Source: Eledone cirrhosa
Lineage: Eukaryota
Assembly: GCA_964016885.1 (NCBI GenBank)
Contig: OZ024751.1
Span: 4,712,001 to 4,776,000, forward strand
DNA length: 64,000 nucleotides
Direction: 5' to 3'
Each line of letters starts with the position of its first letter. Position 1 is the stretch's first letter. The position numbers and the translations under genes were made by a program. The notes under the pieces are model-generated. The model saw nothing but the letters and a program-made list of their open reading frames with translations, was not told where the DNA came from and ran no database searches. Shown piece after piece: positions 1 to 12,899 of this stretch.

Positions 1-283
1 TTTAAAATTGCCATTTATGGAAAATTTTTGTTGTTAACTGTTTATAAGGTCACAAAATTTGCTTTCGGAAAAGGACACTAAAAAAGATTGGGGCCTTGAG
101 CCCAAAATTTAAACTTTTATAATTATCAAACAAAAAATTTCTTTGAAAAAATCATGAACGACTCAGCTACACCAAGCAGCTGAGAGCCTTCCTCACAAAC
201 TAACACCTCACACCAACACCACCATTGTAAATATTACTACGTTTGCCAACACGAAAAATATAAGCAGTAGCAATAATTTAAAT

Positions 284-1711
284 TTGTCTCATTCAGACAT
301 TCATTTCCCGCCATTACCAATGACTGCAGGTGTTGAAGCCGCCACCCCCACCACCACCACAGCGACAACAGAAACAAAAGAAAAAAATAAATTATCTCGT
401 GACATCGAAATGGATTCACCCAGAATGAGCTCTTCCACACCGAACACCACTGACGCCACCACCACCACAACTGAAACTAAAAATAACAATAACAACACCA
501 GCAACAACAACAATGAGAATAACAGCATCGTGTCATTTTCCAAAGCAGCCAAAAAATACGAAACAATCCAGGTAACTCATGAGGAACTAGATGAAGCCAA
601 GAGAATGGTAAAGAAAGATGGGTACAGGGTCATCCCCCCCCCAAATAAAATGGAACATCGGCGCCTATGCACTGTGTCTTATCGGACGATTAACATAAAA
701 TCGCGCCGAGTGGAACGGGCATCCGAGTCCCAAGTCCAAAAAGCTTTGGGACATGTGTGGGCAAAGAAAACCCACATCAGACGTGGGCAGAAATATGGAA
801 CCGTGGACATGTTCTTTGGAACACCACAGGAGGCCAGAAAGCACTCCATGGCCCCATTAAGAAGCAACGACTTCACACTCGTCCCAAGCTATTGTGGCCA
901 GAGACTCGTAAAGATCAGGGTGACCCACGTTCCACCGGCCATCGAAATTCCATGGCTAATGGCTGCCGTCCTCGCCGGCATCGAGGCCAATACCAAAATA
1001 ATAGAAATAGCGAAAGAAAATCAGGAGAACTGGTCCGGATCTGGGATGGAGCTCCTGATCCAAGCGGACCAAAAAAGCATTGAGGAGATCCCAGAGGTAA
1101 TAGACCTCACTTACGGCAGCCACCTCACCGTAATCGTCGAGGGTAGAAGGCCTAGGTGTGTCGTTTGTGGTGAAGGAATCCACCTAAGGGCTTTCTGCCC
1201 TCAGGCTAAAAAGTTCAGGCGACCTCTCCTACCCACCCCAGTGACTCAACCATCAACACAACCAGCAGCAGAAATGGCAGCAACAACTGTAGCAGCAACA
1301 ACAGAAGCAACTGTAGCAGCAACAACCCCAGCAACAGTAGCAAAACCAACACCAACACCACCAGCAAAACCAACACCACCACCACCACCCATCGCGCCAG
1401 AACTAGCACCAGCGCCTACACCATCCACCACGCTACAACTAAAACCAACGCCTGTGGAGGATTTTCCACTCCCCGACCTATCGCAACTGGAGTCAGATTG
1501 TGACGACGAGGAGTGGGAAACGGTATCAGGAAAAAAGAAAAAAAGAAAAAGAAGCCCAAAAAGAAAAATCCTCTTCCTTCCCCCTCCAAAAACAAAATAC
1601 AGAAGGAAACAAATAAACTATCAAACAAAAGAATTAGGACAGCTATGTCAGCATCCACACCAGCATCACCAGCCCCATCATCACAAACACGAACACCATC
1701 CCCATCATTAA
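284..1711 (+). pseudogene. LINE ORF1 (gag-like nucleic-acid-binding protein), frameshifted at the 3' end
   Basis: CVVCGEGIHLRAFC is a C-x2-C-x4-H-x4-C knuckle, preceded by an RRM-like segment and followed by a Pro/Thr linker and EEWETVSGKKKKRKR. The reading frame probably resumes in 1513-1746 and 2231-2506. Confidence 0.85.
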
Positions 1712-1838
1712 CCCCAACACCACCATCACCAACACCACAAAAGTAACCAAAAAGCGAAACAGAAACAAACTCACAACAAACGTAAACAAAACAAAACAAC
1801 CAAAACGATACACACTACACAGCATTAAATTTGAACAA

Positions 1839-2023
1839 GGGCGGTGAATTGGCAGTATCGGTGGAGGGTCGGATTATGCTTTCCAGCATAGTTACGTCCC
1901 TTTACGATCTGAGTTCAATTCCCACCGAGGTTAACTTTGCCTTTCATCCTTACGGGGTCGATAAAATAAAGTACCAGTAATGTACTGGAATAATTGCTGG
2001 CCTTGTGCCAAAAAGTAGAAACA
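1839..2023 (+). mobile_element. tRNA-derived SINE, copy 1, inserted in the LINE ORF1 region
   Basis: A box TGGCAGTATCGG, B box GAGTTCAATTCC, core GCCTTTCATCCTTACGGGGTCGATAAAATAAAGTACCAG. Flanked by the 15-bp direct repeat ATTAAATTTGAACAA. Confidence 0.9.
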
Positions 2024-2038
2024 ATTAAATTTGAACAA

Positions 2039-2223
2039 GGGCGGTGGATTGGCAGTATCGGTAGAGGGTCGGACGCCATGCTTTCCAGCATAGTTACGTC
2101 CCTTTACGATCTGAGTTCAAATCCCGCCGAGGTTGACTTTGCCTTTCATCCTTACGGGGTCGATAAAATAAAGTACCAGTAATGCACTGGGTAATTGCTG
2201 GCCTTGTGCCTAAAGTAGAAACA
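2039..2223 (+). mobile_element. tRNA-derived SINE, copy 2, tandem to copy 1
   Basis: Same A/B boxes, core and 3' end (GCTGGCCTTGTGCCTAAAGTAGAAACA). Flanked by the same 15-bp repeat. Confidence 0.9.
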
Positions 2224-2539
2224 ATTAAATTTGAACAACAACCAACTATTACACTACATCCAACACAACACCAGCATCACAGAAAAAGACTACGCAACAC
2301 TCCAAAAGTTCACACCACCTCCACACATACAAATCACTCGCATCACACAGAAAACGTACACGACACTAAAACAAAAATTCTCCAAAGACATCGGAGACTT
2401 CCGACAAGCACTCTCCAGGAGGATTTATAAGGACATCCTTCCGGAGGAGGCCACAAGCAGTGAAAAGGATGGAGAAACCATGCTTCCTCTACGAGAAGTA
2501 AGGTAAGTGGTCTTTCCCATCTTTTCCACTCCATTTCAA

Positions 2540-3351
2540 CATGACACCTGCTCAACGACCTCAGGTCACTAAACATAGATGTGGTGGCCATCAGCGAAAC
2601 CAGAATCTCCGAAGCACAGGCCTTCGCACCGATCTTCGGCGGCTACGATGTGTACGCATCTCCCAGCCGTCCTGAATCGGGGGGGGGGGGGGGGGAGGAG
2701 TTGCTGTGCTTTTTCGGAGAGGTTTGGATCTCGACATACGGGCCATCTTCCTGGACCCAGAAGGTAAGTTGGTGGTGCTGAACGTGACCAGCGGAGACAC
2801 GCAAGCTTTCAGGTTAGTGGCCGTCTATGCTCCGACAGGAGCAGGGCGGTTCTTCCGGCGTCTGGAGACGTTTCTTGGAACGTCCCGCTCTTTAGTGTTA
2901 GTGGGCGATGGAACGGGATCTTAGATGCACGCTGGGACTGTGTGGGATTAGCGGATAGGGGAGGAGGGTACAAAAGCCTCACCAGCCTGCTCAGGCGTTT
3001 TGAACTGACTGACAGGTACCGATTGGATTTCCCGAATGTCCCAACTGGACAAATCGCATCGAGTCATCCAGATCATAGCTAGATAGAGTATTTTGTAGGG
3101 AAATAGATAGGTCTAGCATAGGCTGTCCACAATTCAAGATAGTCAGCTACACGGACCACAAATTCGTGATCTGTGTGCTTGACTTAGATAGGCTTCATAG
3201 ACGAGGACCCGGCTACTGGAAGCTAAACAAGTCCTTACCAGCGCGCAAGGCCTACAAAGACCGGATTAGCGAACTAGTTAAGCGGGCGTTGACGGGGGCC
3301 ATCGTCAACAACAAGTGGTGGTTTGCTCTGAAAAGAGCGATTAGAATATAG
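2540..3351 (+). pseudogene. LINE ORF2 apurinic-like endonuclease domain and linker, frameshifted
   Basis: Motifs across frames: DVVAISET, GGVAVL, RLVAVYAP, LVLVGD, LDRVF, TDH, then GPGYWKLN. Confidence 0.85.
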
Positions 3352-3467
3352 TTCATTAGGTTTAGTAAGGCTTTAGCTATAGAGAAAAATAGAGCAGAGG
3401 GAGAATTAGTTAGACAATTAGACGAGGCGCTTAGCAAAGGCATCGCGACCGACGTATTGCGGCGAAA

Positions 3468-4829
3468 TTGGCCCTTGACCAATTCTTCAATGCAAAGCAC
3501 GAAGGCTGCGTTGTCAGAGCTAGGGTGCGTGCTCTCAGACACGAGGGGACGAAAGCCGTTCAATGGGCCCGAGTGGCGGAGGCGCGTCGTGGCAACAAAG
3601 CCACGATCCGATCTTTGGTGGACCACGACGGGCGCATGCTACTCGATCCCGGGCAAATGTGTGAAGCTTTTCAGCGACACTTCGCTCAGATGTTCGGGGG
3701 CAGCGGCGGGCCGGATCGTGGGATGGACTTTAGTGTGTACGTCGACGGACTGCCGCGGCTCTCGACCACTGAGGCGGAGTGTTGCGAAAAGCCGATAACA
3801 GCCGCTGAAGTATGGGAGGCCATGACTGGCTGCACAAGGGGTAAATCGTCTCGTTTGGATGGTCTGCCCTATGAACTTTACGTACAGATGCTAGACTTGT
3901 TCGGAGGCCTCTTGGCGGACGTCTACTGCAACTGGCAACAGAACGGGAGAATTCCCAGCTCCGTGAGACGAGGAGCGGTGGCGCTGCTGAGAAAGGATCC
4001 GAACAAGGGGGATAACATAGATCATTTCAGGCCCATAACTCTGCTAAACAAGATTTTGGCCAAGGTGCTAGCAAAGAGGTTCGCGCTTGTCGTTGGTGGT
4101 CTTGTGGGAGAGGCGCAGACATGCGCCATTGCCGACAGATCCATCCACGACAACCTCCACCTCATGCGATACATCGTGGAGAGGGTAGCTAGGGAACCTG
4201 GCACGGGTGGGTCCTTGATCAATTTAGATCAGTCGAAAGCTTTCGATAGGGTCGACCATATTTACCTAGCGACAGTACTGAGGGCGGCTGGCTTTGGGCC
4301 CATCTTCAGAGGCTGGATCGCTGCCATTCACAGCGACATCTGCTCTGTGGTGAGAGTGAACGGTCACCTTTCGGAACCGTTCAACATCATGCGCTCGGTC
4401 CGCCAAGGATGTCCCCTCTCGTCCCTCTTGTACGTATTGACTCTCGAGCCATTACTGCACAAACTGGAGACGTTGATGGGGATCCCGCGCGAACTAGGAT
4501 GCGGAAGATCCGTGTCAGCATATGCGGACGATGTCACCGTAGTGGTGTCGAACGCCAAACACATCGAGGCGATCGGCACTACACTAAAAGAATACGAAGC
4601 GGTGACAGGAGCAATGATCAACCAGGAAAAGTCAGTGGGCCTGCAGCTCGGCACATGGAGAGGCAGGTCCATGCCGTCCAACAGCGTCGTCGGGCGCTGG
4701 ACGGACGGACCGATTAAATTGCTAGGGGTGTGGTTCAGTCCGGACCTCCAGTCGGACAAAAACTGGCACGAGGTGACCAGCAGGGGGGCTTCTCTCACCC
4801 AGAAATGGCGGAGAGGAAACTATCCCTGA
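3468..4829 (+). pseudogene. LINE ORF2 reverse transcriptase domain
   Basis: GLPYELY, FRPITLLN, LDQSKAFDRVDH, VRQGCPLS, SAYADD, KLLGVWF; frameshift near 4800. Confidence 0.95.
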
Positions 4830-5887
4830 AAGGTCGAGTGGAGGTGGGTAACGCGTACATCGCGTCCGTCATCTACTACCGCCTGACCGTCGTACCTTGT
4901 CCTAAGTCCCGCCTGACTGCGCTGGAGCGTTTGCTCTTTCGCTTTTTGTGGAAGGGACGCGCTCCGATGGTCAGGCGGTCCATCTGCTGTCAACACCCGC
5001 TACGTGGAGGGCTGGGCATGCCGTGGCTGATGATGCGCAGACACGCGCTCAGGTTACGACATCTCCACCTCTTCCTCGACAGTGATCAGGTGTGGTCGCC
5101 GTTTGCTAGACGCGTCTTTCCCCAGCTCCTCTTCCTGATGGAGCTGCAGTCCTGGGTCAAGCGAAGACCGAGAGGGAGCGCTTGGAGACTGGAATGTCTT
5201 CAGGCGCTCACAGCCCTCGACCAACCGGGCAATGTGATCGGTGGAAACTCCACCTTGGCGTTCTATAGAGGATTATTGGAGGGGAAGAGCGACGACGTAC
5301 TTGGAGAAACTGTAGGCGTCAACGAAAATCAACTAGCCAATCTCTTCGGACGGACTTTCGGGCCGGGGCCTATGGACAACTTCCAGAAATCCCTGGCCTG
5401 GCACTGCTACAGTGGGGCTTTGCCAGTTCGGGATAAACTCTACAGGCATGGAGGTGCCGTCAGCCGGGCATGTCCGAGATGCGCGCAGGGCGACGAAACC
5501 GTCCTGCACGCACTCGTCCAGTGTCCGAGCATCGCTGACTTGTGGGTTTATGTCGAACACCTGCTGTCACGTGTAGGACGGATCCAGCTATCAGCTGAGT
5601 CCATCGTGAGGATTGCCCCGCCCTCTTCCTCTAGCCGGGAAGGGCAGGCAGTTTTTATCTGTCTGGTGGCCATGGCGCAAGAGATAGTATGGTGGACACG
5701 TTTGAAAGGGCTGAAGACGAGCACTTACCTCTTCGGTGATGCCCTGATTAACTTTTTCAAATTTCATTTGAAAAGGAAAATCAGAGTAGAGAGGGAAGTG
5801 CTCTCTTCCCAGCATTTTGTTGAAAGATGGGTGAGAGAAGCAAGTATGGCCCGAGTGAATGGGCCTACTCTGAGTATGTGTCTGTAA
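4800..5887 (+). pseudogene. LINE ORF2 C-terminal region with zinc-binding motif
   Basis: RKLSLKGRVEV, FLWKG, GGLGMP and CPRC-x8-H-x4-C are typical of L1/Tx1 ORF2. Confidence 0.9.
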
Positions 5888-6160
5888 ATTAAAGGTGGAA
5901 AACTGGGAGAGGGCACTTGCCCTGGTGGTCAGGGTCAATGTGGCCTTTTAATGGGCTTTCTCCACAAATGTCCCTCGGAAGTCTCCCCCCTATTGGGGAA
6001 TTTTTCATTGTTATTTTTTTTGTTACATCCTCTGTTTTTGTTTTTTTACACGCAGAAATGCCCATTTGTACCGTCCTGTATTGTCCTGTACTGTCCTTAA
6101 TGTCTACTTTATGTAAACCCTTGTGGTTAATAAAGAAAGCATTATTATTATTATTATTAT

Positions 6161-6250
6161 TAACCTTGCCTTTCATCCTTACGAGGTCGATAAAATAAAG
6201 TACCAGTAATATACTGGGTAATTGCTGGCCTTGTGCCTAAAGTAGAAACA
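6161..6250 (+). mobile_element. 5'-truncated SINE within (TTA)n
   Basis: Core plus 3' end of the SINE at 2039, with (TTA)n on both sides. Confidence 0.85.
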
Positions 6251-6285
<35 letters not shown>

Positions 6286-6530
6286 CATCACTGTGTTATT
6301 TCGCTTACTTCAGTTATCTTTCTCTATTGCCGGGTTCAGGCCTTGAAACTAGGGCAATAGTTGTTTTCATTGTAGAGAGAGAACTCGTTTGAGAACGTGT
6401 GCTGTTCCTAGTAGCCCGATCTACTGTAGCTCATATTTGCTGATCTTAAGGGAAGGACGCTAAGTTGCAGGTGTGATTATTTGGGGTCTTAATCTTCATG
6501 CCCCTATTACAACAGGGATAGTGTTTGTGG
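6286..6530 (-). mobile_element. R4/Dong-like non-LTR retrotransposon 3' fragment
   Basis: Minus strand reads TIPVVIGA ... ELQ*IGLLGTAHVLKRVLSLQ*, resembling the R4/Dong C-terminus. A short 3' UTR runs into (TAA)n, the known Dong target. Confidence 0.65.
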
Positions 6531-6594
6531 TTCATTGTTTGTTAACGTGTTTTAAAAACCTTTTTTTTCTGAATATTATATATTGTTTTGTAAC

Positions 6595-7330
6595 TAAACC
6601 AACCATCTCCTTAAGGGGCTGGTTGGTTTCCCTATATCTGTAGCCTTTAGGCACCACATTTTTGTATTTCCTTTCACAAACACGCCTCTTATTCTTTTTT
6701 TTTTACAAAATAGACATGGCGGACGAGGAAAATACTTCCGCTGAAATGAACAGCCGGCTGTCCACAATATGTAACAGCTTAATTTTAAAAAACACGACAT
6801 CAGCAGCAACAACAACACCTCTGCACGTGAAAAGTATGACGCCAACTTCCGGTTTTTAAAAGCCTTGAACCCGCCGTCACATTCACTAGAACAACAAAAT
6901 AAAACAAACACAGCAACAAATAACACCAACACTAACATGAACACTGCCACCATTACTACCATCACCACTACTGCAACAACAAAACATAATAGAAGCTGAC
7001 AACAGTAACACAGACGGCAACAACAACAACCACAACAGCAATAACAACATGAAGAATAATAACAAGATATTTGCATTAACGGCTGCAAAAACCACAAAAT
7101 ATTTAATATTGGTTTAATAGACAAAGACTGTTGTTAATCAAGACTTCGGCTGACGTAGTCGTCCCACCCGAGGTGTTGGCAACAACAGTAAAAAAACATT
7201 GAACTACCGATGCATTTCAGCAAAAACAAGACGCCCGGAAGCAGCGGCCATATTAGAAATAGAAGAAGCACTGAAAGACATGTTGCCGGAGATCCAGCAC
7301 ATTGCTAGAACCAATGGACTGCAAAACTAT
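6595..7330 (+). mobile_element. 5' fragment (UTR and ORF1 start) of a second L1/Tx1-like element
   Basis: MADEENTSAE... and a Thr/Asn-rich tract, then VVPPEVLATTVKKTLNYRCISAKTRRPEAAAILEIEEAL, which aligns by eye to VIPPPNKMEHRRLCTVSYRTINIKSRRVERASESQVQKAL of ORF1 at 284. Confidence 0.6.
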
Positions 7331-8226
7331 GAGCTTCTTAAACCTTTTTTCTTAGGTTACTATTTTCTATTGTATAGAAATTATTGATGTAAATGAGGTA
7401 GAACCTTTCTGCTCTAATTCCCCTCAAAATATCCATCAATGAGCGACAAGCTTTAAGAAATTGCAAAATAGGGAGTTCCCCCAACCTGCATTTTTCTCGA
7501 GTAATTTGCAATATAAGTGAACTGGAATCTTCCTGCTCTAACTGAAACCAAAACACAAGTTCTGCTTTTATCAAAGTCAGTAGTTCTCTGCCTGATGGCT
7601 TTAAGCCCCACAGTTTTACACTCCGAAAACCCCTGGCACCAAATTTCCCTTAGAGTTTAATAGTAAGGAAACAGATGCGTGAGTGTGTGTCCATGAAACA
7701 TATACATATACACCAGGTCAGAACACAATAGAACCCAACTCTCACTGTCACTGTCTCCGCTTCTCCCGCTCTTCCCATCTCTCACAAGCAAATGGGGACC
7801 CATGCGCTTCTCCCACTGCCTCGGCGGACTGGCCGCCCCGAGGAAAGAATAGAGAAACTACTTATCGAGTATTCTACGCCACATCACACCACTGGACGTA
7901 GAAGCTGCTAGGCCAGAGAAATATTGACACTGAAACTTTTCGATATATATTGATTCATTCACTGATTCAACGATTCGTGCGTTCATTTATATAGAAACGA
8001 ATTGAAATAAAACCACTCACTTGTACATCATCATTCGTGTGACGTAATAGAAATTATTTCATACATTCGTTTATGAATTTATTCATACGTGTGAAAGAAA
8101 GCAAATTCATTGAATCGCATATTTGCGCGGTAAAAAAAAAAAAATGAAACGGTTTTTCGCTGTAAGATCATTCAATCTCACACATTCATACATACACACA
8201 CATATACATACAGTGAAACATTGTCT

Positions 8227-8272
<46 letters not shown>

Positions 8273-8280
8273 GAGAGGTA

Positions 8281-8313
<33 letters not shown>

Positions 8314-8512
8314 GTATATATATGTATATATATGTATATATATGTATATATATATATATATATATATACATTCATGAATACATGCACATACATACGTACA
8401 TACATGCACATACATACGTACATACATGCATACATACATAAGTACGTACATACATAATTACATACGTACATACATACGGACTTAATAACGCTTTATATAA
8501 TAGCTATCGTTA

Positions 8513-8810
8513 AGGTGCATAGCTTAGTGATTAAGGGGTTTGGCTAATGAGTTCAATTCCTTGTGATGAGTTGTGTCCTTGGGCAAGTCACTTTATTTCC
8601 CGTTGTTCTAGTCCACTCGGCTGACAAAAAAAAAATAGTTGTAACCGTAATTCAAATGGCCAGCCTTGTCACACTCTGTGCCATGGTGAATCTCTCTGAG
8701 AATTATGTTAAGTGTACAGATATCTGTAGAATGCTTAGCCACTTTGTACGTTAATTTCACGAGTGGGCTGTCTATTGTTAAATCTATTCATCGTCTGAAG
8801 CGGCGGGGGT
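8513..8810 (+). mobile_element. Second SINE family (tRNA head, CORE-like body), degraded
   Basis: TAGCTTAGTGATTAAG A box, GAGTTCAATTCC B box, GTGTCCTTGGGCAAGTCAC. Related minus-strand copies occur near 51.1-51.4 and 52.3-52.5 kb. Confidence 0.65.
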
Positions 8811-9273
8811 CCAACAATACAATACGAAAACACAATAATAGCTATTTTATAAGACAGTTTAAAAAAAAATATTAATAGTATGTAACATATGGTATCAGCA
8901 CAGCTCATTTCTGACAACATTATGGAATAGCTGACTGAATAATCCCATCACACAACTAAGGTTTATTATGTCGATTATAGAAATATGTAAATGTTGCGAG
9001 GCGATTTAATGTAGCTATTTATCATCTCTGCCAACATGCCGCTCTCTACATCAAACAGAATGGTATGGTGAGGAACCATAATTCCTGATGGAGACGTAGG
9101 GGTGCCATATTGACATATGATATTTCTGTGGCATTTTAAAACGTGAGGAACCCATTTCCTCACCAAATCTGAATACAACAGATTTCTTCCAGAGAAAGAG
9201 AGAATGGAAATGAGGAAGAAATATCGAGGAGGAATAGAATCGACCCCAGTACTAGACTGGTACTTTTTTCAAA

Positions 9274-9510
9274 CAGAATATATTATGTTAATAAGCACAC
9301 ATTTTATCAATGGCATTGAATATAACAGAAACACGATTTCTGCCAATCTGCTGCTTACGACATCAGAATAAATTATGTTAATAAGCACACATTTTATCAA
9401 TGGCTATAAGCATTGGATATGGCAGAAATACAATTCCTGTCAACTTACCGCTCACTTCATCAGAATAAATTGTTAATAAGCACACATTTTATGAAGGACC
9501 ATAAGCACCA
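9274..9510. repeat. ~90-100-bp tandem repeat, about 2.5 copies
   Basis: CAGAATAAATTATGTTAATAAGCACACATTTTAT recurs with variants near 9274, 9364 and 9460. Confidence 0.75.
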
Positions 9511-10699
9511 GGTTTGGTACAGACCAGACACGACTTCGTTATGTACATATGTAATGGTAATTTCTATATTTCAATAGTGTTTGCTATAAAGTGAGACAAT
9601 AGAATCTGACAGTTCTTCATTTTTTTCTGTTTGTTCCTTTTGTAAACTTATTGGCGTGACGTAAGGAAGGAATTGGAAATTCTAGGGCGTTAAGATATCG
9701 ATTGGAAGTATTGTAACAAATGTTTAACAACTGAAGAAAAATCAGGTGTTTGCCTAGATTGTATTTTTCTTCGTTTACATACAATCAGCCATTTTGTCTT
9801 TTGTATATCTCGCAAAATTTCTCTCTCCCTCTCTCTCACTCGCTCATTTACACAAATATATACTCACACACATATACATAAATATACTCACTCACATTCA
9901 CATACACAGTTACATCCACATACACACATACACACTCACACACACGCATACTCACATTCATACACATACACACACATACACACACACTTTCTCTCTCACT
10001 CATTCACACTCTCACACACACTCACATACACACACACATACATGCTCAGACACACATACATACACACTCTCACACATTCTTTCTCTCTCTTTCTCCTTCT
10101 TTGCCCAGAGCTCTATCACTTCAACCTTCTCACAATGTTTATATGTTTGCGACTCCACCACCCAGCCAGTCTTACTATTTCATCATCATCTCTGTCTCCC
10201 CTCCCCTCCATCCCCCCTCTCTCTCTAAGTGTCTTCTTGATATCTATTAAAGCGAGAGTAATGGAACTGGCTGAATCGTTAGAGCATCGAACAAAACGCG
10301 TTGTGGTATATAATTACGGCCCTTTGAATTATGAGTACGAATTCCACTTTGGCCGACATTGCTTTTCGTCCCTCTGAGGTTGAAACGAATTATAAGTCAA
10401 AGGTATATGGGCCCGTAACACCTGATAGAGTCGTATGGGTGCCGTCTTGGAGTTTATAAACCTGGCGGAACACATTCCGCCTGCAGGTGAGAATACAGGT
10501 GATTTTCTTTTCAGAGAAGGATATATATATATATATTTATATTATGAGTATTATGTAGATACCATAATAGGATGAAAGCAGAAATTCTTTGCTTGAACTT
10601 TAATCTGTACTAATAATAAGTATTTGCTCTACGAGTTTATATATACATACAATCCTTATCGAGCCCTCTTCGAATTTTGGTCTTCGTAATTATTATTAC

Positions 10700-10782
<83 letters not shown>

Positions 10783-10783
<1 letters not shown>

Positions 10784-10915
10784 CTGGTACTTTTTTTTAT
10801 CGACCTTGAAAGGATGAAAGACAAAGTTGGGCTCGGCGGGATTTGAATTCAGAAAACCGAAACAAGTACCACAAGGCACTCTGTCTCAAGTCCTAACGAC
10901 TCTGCCAATTCGTCG
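10783..10915 (-). mobile_element. SINE, degraded
   Basis: Reverse complement of the core (CTGGTACTT...TATCGACC...GGATGAAAG) and the B box. Confidence 0.75.
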
Positions 10916-11643
10916 TTTATCTAAAATCAAATACTGGGGTAGATATAGTCGACCACTTCTTCCCTTATACCAAATGACTGGTGATACGACTATGATGGTG
11001 GAATGGCAACAGCGGTAAAGTGCCTTAGTTATTTTAATTTTCTGAGTTCAAATCTCACATAGGTCACTTCCATCTTTTATCTAGGCGGAATTAATGAAAT
11101 AATTACTAGTAATTAACCATAGTCGATTGAGGTAACTATATTTCAGCTCTGCACATGTATGATTTTCTGCTGATCTGAAGAAATCGATATTTATTGCAGC
11201 GTCTCAGTTACAGAAATACTACAGCCTCTAACCAAAAACCTAAACATATTCAATTGTTTCTTATATTTTCTGAGTTCAAATCTCGCTGAGGTTTACTTTT
11301 TTCTCACTCCTCACAAAAACAAACAAACTTTCATAACCCTTTGGACTGGTTATATTTTTTACGATGCAGGGGTACTAAAAAAATTATTTCTGGCATGATT
11401 TCCTTCAACAAAACGTGAGACTTTCAAACGAGACTCCAACCGAACTTCTGACAACGAGACACGTTGCTTATCTATAATAGTCTGCCGAGTCCATTTCTTT
11501 AATCCAAAACGGGCGTTCACTACAACACAATACTAATTATTGTTTCGAAAATATCGAAGCTTTGGGTAGGTTTGAAATTCTTAGAAAATGTAGAAATCGC
11601 AATTGTAGAAAATAACTGTAACTACAGTCTGTTGCTATAAAAA

Positions 11644-11862
11644 ATGGTTTCTGATTTAGGCAAAAGGCCAACAATTTTAGGGGAGGGAAAATTCGATTAA
11701 ATCTACCCTAGTGCATTACTGGTACTTTATTTTATCGACCCCGAATGGATGAAAGGCAAAGCTTACCTCGGCGGGATTTAAACTCCGAGCGCAAAGGGCC
11801 ACAACTCTATGTCGCAAAGCATATTGTCAGACGCTCTACTGCCTCAGCCAATCAACCACCCC
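11644..11862 (-). mobile_element. SINE, full length
   Basis: Reverse complement of the 3' end, core, B box and head. Confidence 0.85.
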
Positions 11863-12493
11863 TTTTATTGTTATAAATAATAGGTTAGAAAATCTAGTAA
11901 AATATCCCTATAGACGGAATAAGGGGGTCAGAAGCCCTTACGAAGGAAGTACAGAATTCGATTCTTCGCAGCGGCTGCGTATTTTACCCGATGTTCTAAG
12001 CTATTATCTGTTGCAATCGACAATGGTTTCACTTGTTTTCTGTGATTAGGATGTCTACATTTTCTAAGAATACATCTTTGACTTATAATTATTCTCGACC
12101 TCAGAAAGACGAAAGTCGACGAAGGAGGGATTCGTACTTATAATGCAAAGGGCCGTAACTATATACCACAACGCATTTTATTCGATGCTCTAACGATTCG
12201 ACCAGTTCCATTGTTATTGTTGTTCAGCTCCAGGTCGACGCTGATTGAGCAAATACGTTCCAATAATGACCAGCCCTTCCTTTTTCGCCATATATATTAT
12301 TCAATTAACGTTAGCTGATATCTTTAAGAGAGAAGGGTGGGATTATGAGGATATTTCGCTGCTAGTTTTCGCAGGTCAAGCAACCATGTAAAATGGAGGT
12401 TCCCTACTTAGGGTCTGCATGAAATGTAAAGGGGAACCATGAACTAAGCTCAAAATTTCACGTACTTTGTCAAAAACATAATACGTACACTTA

Positions 12494-12690
12494 CGAGGGT
12501 GGGATGAAAAGTTTACAGGCTGACTAGGAAGGGTTGATGCTAGTGCTGTGAAATCTTGCATGCATTAATTTCAACTCTTATCAATAACCGTATTGTTTCT
12601 TTCCGGGGACTATGTTGAAAAATAAACCTCATTTGGTCATTCCATGAGAGTATCTTGGTCAGATTATGAACTATTCACAACCAACCCTCG
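12494..12690. mobile_element. Tc1/mariner-type MITE
   Basis: TA-CGAGGGTGGGATGAAAAGTT ... AACTATTCACAACCAACCCTCG-TA: imperfect TIRs with a TA target duplication. Confidence 0.7.
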
Positions 12691-12899
12691 TATACTCCCT
12701 TCTCAAAACACGAACTTTCCTCTTTTTCCATTGTTATTCTCGTCGTTTAATAATGGGGGGGGGGGGGGTATAACATACACAGAAATTCGTATTTATTACA
12801 GAATGGACCTCCATCGGTTTCGACGATGAGTCACCTGGTTGTTCGATTAACGGAACAGCCTTCTAATGGAATTAGCGTATAAGTGGCTGAGCATTCCAC

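Larger units (their letters stand above)
154..6140 (+). mobile_element. L1/Tx1-clade non-LTR retrotransposon, near full length, decayed
   Basis: ORF1 with CCHC knuckle, then APE endonuclease, RT (YADD) and C-terminal Cys/His domain in order. The 3' UTR ends AATAAAGAAAGC before (TTA)n. Contains frameshifts and two SINE insertions. The 5' boundary is uncertain. Confidence 0.92.

Noticed and set aside
1839-1930. tRNA gene
   Set aside because: The A/B boxes belong to a multi-copy SINE head; no complete cloverleaf.
8975-9178. RKWVPHVL resembling the mariner transposase WVPHEL motif
   Set aside because: No downstream DD34D motifs or TIRs visible; may be chance.
10565-10625. Degenerate hammerhead-like GATGAAAGCA...TGCTTGAAC
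   Set aside because: The CUGA and GAAA core nucleotides are missing.
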